DNA of 41,195 nucleotides from Mesotaenium endlicherianum. Lineage: Eukaryota. The notes below the pieces were generated by a model. It searched no databases, was not told where the DNA came from, and saw only the letters and a list, made by a program, of their open reading frames with translations. A program made the translations under genes and the position numbers. Shown here piece by piece: positions 32,866 through 41,195 of this stretch. The stretch lies in NCBI GenBank assembly GCA_009602735.1, contig WELA01003597.1, positions 353,505 to 394,699 of the forward strand. Reading direction: 5' to 3'. The number at the start of each line of letters is the position of its first letter. Positions within the stretch are counted from its first letter, which is position 1.

Positions 32866-34124
32866 TATCAAACACGATCGAGAAGAGGGCAGCTAGTATA
32901 TACGCAACTGCCGAGTATATATTGCCCAAGCCCAAATACTTCATGAAAATATTGACATCAAGTATGTGAATGTCGGCCAGAAAGCAATCCAAAACGTCAG
33001 CTGGTTCCCGTCAGAAATGCGTCAGAAATTCACCCCATGCATAGGGGCCCGTCAATATTGTGGTTCTAAATTAATGCTGATCTGGTGTCATCAAGAAATG
33101 ACTCACGGAAATCCAACGGAACCGGACCATGTGGGACGAAGAGAATGCCGAGTGTTGTTCAAGGAGGTCGAATGCATGGGGTGATAACTCTAAAATTCGG
33201 ACGTTCATTGCGACACTTTTCCATTTGCGCTATAATTTCAAACTTTTCGATTTTTCAGCTCATTTTAGCCCTCATGGTTGTGAATTAAATTAAAGGAAAC
33301 GAAAATCTTTGCGCCCGACTAAGCAATGCTTGCGAAAACTTTCAATGAATTAAGAAGTCGCAGCCAGTTAGCACCCCATGGTCGAATGTGTACAAATTTG
33401 GTGTCGATGTGGTCTCCCGGCGTCAACTGATGGTGGAAGCAGGTAGAACTATCAGAGAATTTCCAGTTGTTGAAGCAGGTCGCAGCAAGTCGAAGCAGGT
33501 CGGAGTTGAACAGATCCACCACAAAACAGATCAGAACAGACCAGCTTCTTGACCTGACTAAAAGCTTGCAATGACATGCACACAGCATTGACCGACACAT
33601 GCAAGCACGAAACGTTGCTCATCCTACTCACGATCACACATCAGCACTTCGGCAAGAACATACATAATTCACATACCGATTATACCCCTCAACTATGGCC
33701 CCTCCACCGTCCAAATTTTTGATGCAAAGGAAGAAATAGACCTCTTGTTTAGAAAAGTTCGCGAGTTAAAAATTTGGAATCAAGTTAGAGTGAAGCTTTT
33801 TCGAGACAAACGTTTAGAGCGAAGCTTTTCGACACAAGCATATGATGTCTTCATCGATGTACAGGTGACTCGCAAGGGCGCCCTCAAACTCAAACGGAGG
33901 AGCCGGTTCCTTGAGGATCTACGGAACTGAGCATACGTGCACATCATCTCTATACGCTCATTGTCGCTGTTGCTCACCCTTATAGGCAAACACAACTTAT
34001 CATTGGCTAAAATAGAGCTCGGCTTTCAGATTCTCTCTAGGCCGCAGGTTCTGCGCACATCGAATTATAAATTGTTCAGTGTATAAAGTCATTAAAGAAT
34101 GCACTTCTTATATTTATAGAAAAT

Positions 34125-36664
34125 ATGGCGCACTTGGCCTTCAGGCTCCTCTCCAGACAAAAGGGGGTTCTTCAACAGACACGTTGTGCAAGTTTCAGTC
34201 GGCCTGTTCCTGTGTCCTCTGCACATCCATTCACGACCTGCTCAATTCCTGAGAGCAGGATTCTGGTGCTCCTTACTGGGATAAATCAGGAGAATCCTTT
34301 TTGGGTTTACCCCCATTCTGCCTCTCACTGTCCTGCGTTCAAGCTTGAGCAAGAGGAGAGCGTTAGGGAACAAGTTACACGAACGCCTCTCTGTCACCTT
34401 GCCCGGCCATTTTTGCATCAATGCAATGAAATTAGCCACAGTCCTCCAGAGTCGCCAGGATTGCAGTCGAGACGACCCTGGCCAAGGCTCAATGCAAGAA
34501 TATCTGGCAGTGCAGAAGGCATACCCGCGGTCAAGCCTGACATTGAAGCCCTCTGGACCTGCAGAAAGAGCCCCTGTCAAAACCCACCTGAGGGTGTCAC
34601 ATCTCTGCCGCGTCAGGTGGTTTCATCAAATGCTGGGGCCAATTTGGCGAGTCCCTGTCAGCAGCCACCAGGTTTTGTCGGTTCCATGGAGCAGCAGGCG
34701 TGTTCGTGGAATGGCAGGGGCCTTTTGACGAGGCAATCACGTACTTGTTTCACTTCAGGCTGGGGGAGCCAATCACAGGCCAGGGCTTACTCGAGTGAGT
34801 CGGGCATGTCAAATGCTGCCCCTGGGGGGGCGGAGGGGGAACCTAGGGAAAGAATGGAGTATGATGTGGTGATAGTAGGGGCAGGTCCTGCTGGGCTGGC
34901 AGCAGCCATCCGCCTAAAGCAGCTGTGCCAAGGGGGGGGTCAAGACCTAAGTGTGTGCATCGTGGAGAAGGGAGCCGAAGTAGGTGAGCTGCTGACACCT
35001 GTCACGCCTGATTGCCTGACTTTGCATTGCAGGGAGCATTGCAAGTTGACTGTCTGTTGACCTCACACGTTGAAGCTGAAGTAGATGAGCTGTTGGCACT
35101 TTTCACGCCCTACCGGATGATTCCACGTTCCACAGTGTGAGTGAGTTGACTTTTTGTTGACCTGACACATGTGGCAGCTGAAGTAGATAAGCTGCTGGCG
35201 CTTGCTAACCCCTACCAATCGACTACTCTATACATGCGTGCAAACTGACTGTATAACGTCTTGTACATATATATATATATATATACACACACATATATAT
35301 ATACATATAGACGCACACACATACATATGCATAGACATACTACGCATACATATGCAGCCCTTGGGCATGAGCTCCGCCCTTGACGAAATGGGCAACAGTC
35401 CGTACTTTTCATTGTACTGTAGCAGACACATAACCTTGTGATATGTTGGGCATGCAGGGGCGCATATACTGTCGGGTAATGTGTTCGAGACCAAGGCTCT
35501 CGACGAGCTGCTTCCCGACTGGCGCTCCCTTGAGGTGGGTACCTCCTTGCCACCATGCCAAGCCACTCTGAGTGAAATCTAAAGCTGGTGCTGCAGCTGA
35601 ATGCGCAACCCATATGCCCCCCCCTAGGGCACACCTAAGCTCATCATATCCTGAACTTAAAAAAAACTTGTAGATAAAGAGATATATATATATATATATA
35701 TGTAGATATATTTTTATATATATTTGTTTATTTATTTATATATTTGTCTAGATATTTATTTATATTTAAAAAAATATAATGTTTACTTATGTCATCATTT
35801 CTATTTATTTTTATATATATTGAGTTATAGTTTGAACCCGGCATATGCCGAGTATCACTCTGTCTGCTCCAACTCCTGCGCCCTTGCTCGGCACACGCGC
35901 GCTCTTTCTCATGGCAGCAGCCCCCTCGCACACGCCACAAATGCAGATGCACATCTGAGGTTAAATTTCAGCTCGGGCTCGCCATGCGTGAGAGAGTAGC
36001 TGGGCTCAGAATGAAATACACCATGGCAGAAGCTCTCAGGAGCCAGCTGATTTTGTACTCACTGTTGATTTTTTTGCCCTGTGAACCTGTTTGCTCCGTG
36101 AACCCGTAATCATTTTCAACGCGTTCTCATTTTGAAACTGGTCTTAGTGTGAACCCTGACTGTCATAGCCTGTGCACTCACAGCAGCCCATTCTCGCGGC
36201 CGTGCCCCCGTGCTCCCTCTGCCACGCGTGGATTTTGTAACACCTGGCAACGTGGCAACCATTCCCAGCTTGCCATCTCCTGCTGCGCCACGTGGCAACC
36301 GCCGCAATTTCTCCCCCGGTGACTGACGCGTGGCAGCATGTATTGCATGCCCCATGACGTGACACACGGGCGGCTGCAGATACATCACCGCGATGCGCTG
36401 CATCTGCCGTTGTGACATGTGGCAGGCGCCCATCCATGTGCCGGTGACCAAGGACCGCTTCCTGTTCCTCACAGAGACGCGCGCTCTCCCATTGCCCTCG
36501 CCCTTCTCCAACCACAACAACTTTGTCATCAGGTTCTACCCCTCATCCTCAATTCTCATGCTAGACCCCCCTCCCCGCCTTCCTTCCCCCAAAAAAGGAC
36601 GCCTGCTGTCCTCTGCTTGTGGTCACTCACACACGCACACACACGCAGCAAACGTGCACGCGCT

Positions 36665-36703
<39 letters not shown>

Positions 36704-39700
36704 CTCATGCATACTCGCACATGCACACGTGCATGCACACGAAGAGTCATATAAACTCATATATGTGTAGTGGATGAGTACTTCCGTGTCCCTGTGCGCA
36801 TGCAGAGACACTGGTGGCATCTTCACACACGTTAAACAGAGAAGACACACGAAATTGCACCCAGATGGTGGACATCTTCTGAAATCTGTCCTTCGAATGC
36901 ACATACGTATCGGCACGCACGCACCCACGCGCGCGCGCGCGCGCGCCGTCGCAGTAGCTGCGGCTGGAGACGCTGCATAATCAGAATGAGGAGACATCTT
37001 CTGACCAGGCCCATGCGAGCAGTGGTGACATGGACATGTTGTCCCCGGTGCTGCCACATGGCGGGCATGCGCAGCCTGAGCGAGCTGGTGAGGTGGATGG
37101 GAGCGCAGGCGGAGCAGCTGGGCGTCGAGATTTACCCCGGATTCGCCGCCAGCGAGGTCTCTCTCCCCCCCCCCCCTGTTTCTCAAATCCATGTTGCTTC
37201 TGTTTCTCTTCCTCTGGCTCTGTGCGAACCTTTTGTGTAGCATGCGGTGTTTAGGTCGCATAAGCGCAATCACGCGCGTCAAGTATACATGCACGAGTCT
37301 ATTTTGTGCATGTGTGCACGCATGTTTCTGTCTCGTGCTTGCCTGCAAACGGCGGGGGCTGTTTGCTTCTGTTAGCAAGCGCAAGGCTCTGTCCCTGAGC
37401 TCTGAACCAAACTCCCCCCCTCCCCGTCCCTCACTTCCCCTCCCCCCCTTTCTCCCCACGTATGAACGGCGTAAGAGCACCGCACCAGCTCCCCGGGCTT
37501 AAACCTTGAACCTTAAGCCCTCCATCTCAAACCCTAAATCTTCCTGTTTGCTCCTCCAAATGTTGGGGCATGCAAAGCAGGCCCATAGAGAATCGGGGAG
37601 CCCCACAGCCCTCGGATTGCGTGCCCCATGCGGCGTCTCTCTCTCTTCGGCAGTGTGTAGACCCGCTCTGTGCTCCAGCTGCCAGCTGGCAACTGCTTGT
37701 CGGACTCAGACCCTGCAGCTGTCGTGAGCGAGCCCCCTTTAGACCGGGGCTTGCAATGCACTGTGGAAATCTTTCACCTTCTCTCATGCCCTCCCCCCTG
37801 TACTGTGCCGGGCGAATGGATGGATGTTTCACGGACTCAGACCGACTCGCTCCTTTCCGTGACCTTGCAAGCCCGGAGCGCGCAAGCGGTCGCCAACTCG
37901 ATACTGTCACAACGCTTGTCTTCCTGCTGTGGCGTGCCCCTGCCCTGCCCTGCCCTTGAGCTTTGAACTGCGTTCCCCTCCCTTCATTTCCTGTTTTCCC
38001 CAATCGATTCCTGAAATCAGCATGCACACATGCGCATGTGCGCACGCGCGCGCACGCACGCACACACAGCTACTCTTGGCCGCTTCTGAAGGCCGGGTTC
38101 TCTGTCCAGAGTGGGGCCCTGGCGTCGTTTCTCTCATCTCGTGGCTCTGACTTCCACCATAGAAGCAGGGAGTTGCTTCTCTCGGAGCCTTTGCGTGAAC
38201 TAGACTCAGGGCCGGAGGAGGGATCAAGGGCCGCACTTTGGAAGTGTACTTGCTGCTCGTTATTACTCGCACTATGTCCACGGCAGCCCCTGTTGCCCAG
38301 GGAGTGCTTAATCGCATGTGAATCTGAGAATCAGGTTGTCAATATGATGCCAAGTGCAGGTGCTGTACGGCGAGGAGGGGGCTGGGGCCGGGGGTGCGCC
38401 GCAATCGACGGTGGTGGGGATCGCGACCAACGACGTGGGGGTGGCCAAGGACGGGTCCCGCAAGGACTCGTTCGCCCGCGGCATGGAGCTGAGAGGTGAC
38501 CCCCCTCCCCCCCCCCCCCGGGCCAACTTCCCTTCTTTGTGCTGTGCTGGATCTTCTGCTGCTTATGAAGTGACGTCTGTGCACCTCTGTTCTCTATGTA
38601 CGCGCACATATACGTTTCCGTACGCCTTCAAAAGTGGCCATGTGCATGTGTATGTGTGCGCATACTTGTCTATGTGCATTCGCATGAATGTGTTTCTGTG
38701 TGGTGGGTATGCGACAGACAAGTGGTCTCTGTATAACTTCCTGTGATCTTCACGATTGAAGAAGTCGATTGTGGAACTGCTAATGCAGGCATCTTTCTTG
38801 CATGTGATGTCTGTGGAACTGCTGCAATGCGGGCACGTGTCTTGCATGTAAGAAGCGCGTGTGCGTGGGCCTGTGTCTGTCTCTTTGTAAGCAGTGAGAC
38901 CTTGTGCATCTACGGTAGTGTGGGGACCACTTGACAGCGCAGGGGTGGGTTTGTGTCTGCCTGAGGTTCATTTTCTGCCCTGGGCGACGTGGAGAAGGGG
39001 TGAATGGTAAGTATGCCATTGCCCGGATAATTGGGGCAGCTCTTTGCAGGTGAGGGAGGGCGCCGTGTGCGTTTCTTTGTCTGTAGATTTGGGGCGCATT
39101 TGACACGGACAACCGTGTGGGTGTATGGGTCTGCGGTGGCGTGGGGAGCATGTGGCAGGAAGAGTGACGTTGCTGGCGGAGGGATGCCGCGGGTCGCTCT
39201 CGGAGGTGAGGGCAAGGTTCCAGCTGGCTGAAGTCTGTTGAGTTTGATCGAAGCCTTCATGGGCTATCCAATCCTGGACCATGTCTCCCAGTACTTCTCA
39301 CACCCACTCGCATGCACACGCACACTAACAAACTTGCACACGTCGTATGGTATACACGTGTGCCATGCAAACACCCCAAGTGTGTGCGTGGTTGTGGGTG
39401 TGGGCATGTTTGAGACGCTCTTGCATTTTTATTGGATGTTTGTGACGAGGCGTTCTGCTATCTGCGCTTCTATGAGAGCAGCATCGTCGCGTGTGACCTT
39501 CACAGAGCATGTCATGCATGCTGGTATTCATGGTGAGAAGTTGGTGGGATACAAATTGTTCACTTAGTTTTGCTCCTGAAGCAAGGCCAGCCTCTGTGTG
39601 CATGTGTGCGTGTGTGTGTGCATGTACGTGCGTGCTTGCGCACGTGCTTGGGGGTGGGGGTGGGGGNCAGACCTACGCCCTGGGCATCAAAGAGGTCAGC

Positions 39701-40389
39701 TTTTTCCGGCGTTCACACGTGCCCCCGGATTCGCACGCACTGTTTCTGTGCCCAGCTCTAGCGCCCGGGCTCGTCGTGCATCTCATTGCGTGCGTGCCAG
39801 TCACCGAGTCGCGATAACTGTGGGGGTGGGGGTGATGGCTTCCCGGGTTGCATTATCTTGGCAACCAACTTCGCCAAGAGCATTGGCATGGCTATGGGTA
39901 TACGAGCCTTCTTTAGGATGAGTAGGAAGCAGAATCGCTCTTGTAGAAGATTACTAACAGTAAGTCCACAGCAGCCTAAGATCTGGCACTGCAAGAGTAT
40001 GCGGTAGTGTGCCAAGCCCGCCTGTCCAGCCTTGCCTTATTTGTTGCTGCACATCAAAAATGTCAAAAAAAGAATCGCAGGTATACCCTCCTTGATTCTT
40101 GAGGACCAGTGAGAAGATTTCTCTATATACCTTAAAGGCATGACCTATGTATGTGTGTGTGCGTGCGTGTGCTTGTGCCTGTGTGTGCGTGTGTGCTCGT
40201 GCTCGCGTGTATGTGTGTGCGCTAATGTATTTTGCGTGCGTGGGGCTGGGGAAATTTGACGCGTACGGGCAGGTGTGGGAGGTGGAGGAGGGGAAGCATC
40301 GCGCGGGCGAGGTGGTGCACACGCTGGGCTACCCGCTCAACTCGCACACGTACGGAGGCGGCTTCCTCTACCACATGGCGCACAACCAG
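34125..40389 (+). CDS. ETFQO: Electron transfer flavoprotein:ubiquinone oxidoreductase, mitochondrial, 5' part; exons 34125-34983, 35458-35534, 36426-36532, 37075-37156, 38360-38495, 39159-39205, <39668-39694, 40273-40389; continues beyond the window
   Basis: In-phase exons give [26 protein letters not shown] (FAD-binding GxGxxG), [87 protein letters not shown] and [17 protein letters not shown]. Confidence 0.96.
34974..35216 (+). repeat. ~101-bp tandem triplication that includes the ETFQO exon 1/intron 1 junction
   Basis: GCCGAAGTAG|GTGAGCTGCTGACAC (34974), GCTGAAGTAGATGAGCTGTTGGCAC (35075) and GCTGAAGTAGATAAGCTGCTGGCGC (35177); copies 1 and 2 also share AGTTGACT..TGTTGACCT.ACAC. Confidence 0.85.
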
Positions 40390-40644
40390 GTGAGGTGGGC
40401 TGGCGGGCAGGCGGGGTGCTCTTCCTAGACGGTGGGGTGTTGCATATGCGAGTGCTGTGTGCGTGTGAATTCTGAGAACCAGGAAGTTTGACCATGGCTC
40501 CGTGTGAATATTACAAGTGGGCGTGTGTGTTGTGTCTGGTGCATCGATACATATGTGTATGAATATATGTATGTATGTGCATGTATTCATGCATAAGTAC
40601 ATGTGTGTGTATATGTAGTATCTACACACACAAGACAACATGAT

Positions 40645-40678
<34 letters not shown>

Positions 40679-41195
40679 TGTGTGTGTGTGCATTAACATT
40701 TGTGTCCTTCACTGAGTGTCAGCGTGTGTGGGTGTTGCTGCTGCTTGTAGGTTATCAGTATATGTAGCTCATGCCCACTGGTGTATGTCTATGAGACTAA
40801 CAGGGTCTCTGTGCGAACATTCCTCAGCATGTCTCAACTCTTGCTGGCACCGACGGCCTACAGTGCATGTACTCATGCACAAGCATAAAATAATTGCTTG
40901 TGCTTGTGGTTGTTACTACCACTTACACGGGCCACGGACCCTTGGGGCAATTGCGCACGGGCGTTGTCGGCCACGCTCGCCTGCAGTGCACACAGAGAGT
41001 CCTTGGCTCGCACGTTGATGCATACAAAGTGTTGCGCCAGATGCCACCAGCTGGCGCACCCACGGCCCAGATGCTGCACTCTTCCCCCCCACCCAGCCCC
41101 CAGCCCCCAACCAGACTCCTGACAGCTGGCCCCCTCACACTTCAAACCCCACAGCCTGGATCCTGGAGCTGCCCCTTCCTACTCCCTCCCCCCCC

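Noticed and set aside
32830..32897. Canonical Helitron 3' end (hairpin + CTAG at 32893-32896) or a rho-independent terminator
   Set aside because: The hairpin-to-CTAG distance (~27 nt) is longer than typical and no 5' TC end was defined; bacterial terminators are irrelevant here. It is kept only as part of the Helentron-like hypothesis.

Overview
Eukaryotic, intron-rich genomic DNA of a green plant-lineage organism. GC-rich exons, microsatellite-laden introns and land-plant-type gene families suggest a streptophyte alga such as a zygnematophyte; this is inference. It is not prokaryotic, so most entries in the ORF track are artefacts. Splicing by hand (GT..AG, phases checked) gives six coding loci. 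(1) An orphan minus-strand first exon (1373-1502) with AT-hook-like and D-box-like motifs, lying head-to-head with (2) a 6-exon kinesin-8 (KIN8A-type, ~1086 aa). (3) A 72-aa two-exon STMP1/DUF4535-like microprotein that the ORF track misses. (4) A ~2715-aa protein of unknown family: a small helical N-terminal domain, a 7.75-kb exon of disordered sequence with 15 IPIAEP(D/E) repeats and a cluster of PxLxR motifs, and a basic-LFGCF C-terminus. (5) A 3-exon GLXI-like (VOC) gene on the minus strand. (6) The first 8 exons of ETF:ubiquinone oxidoreductase, with a very long N-terminal extension and exon 7 cut by a 1-N gap. Between (5) and (6) lies a tandem pair of ~640-bp palindrome-rich units with subterminal inverted repeats and a terminal hairpin, resembling a non-autonomous Helentron/DINE-type rolling-circle element. 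Other points of note are tandem duplications of splice-site regions with inactivated copies, a possible PI-PLC X-domain exon relic, and assembly gaps at G/C homopolymers.
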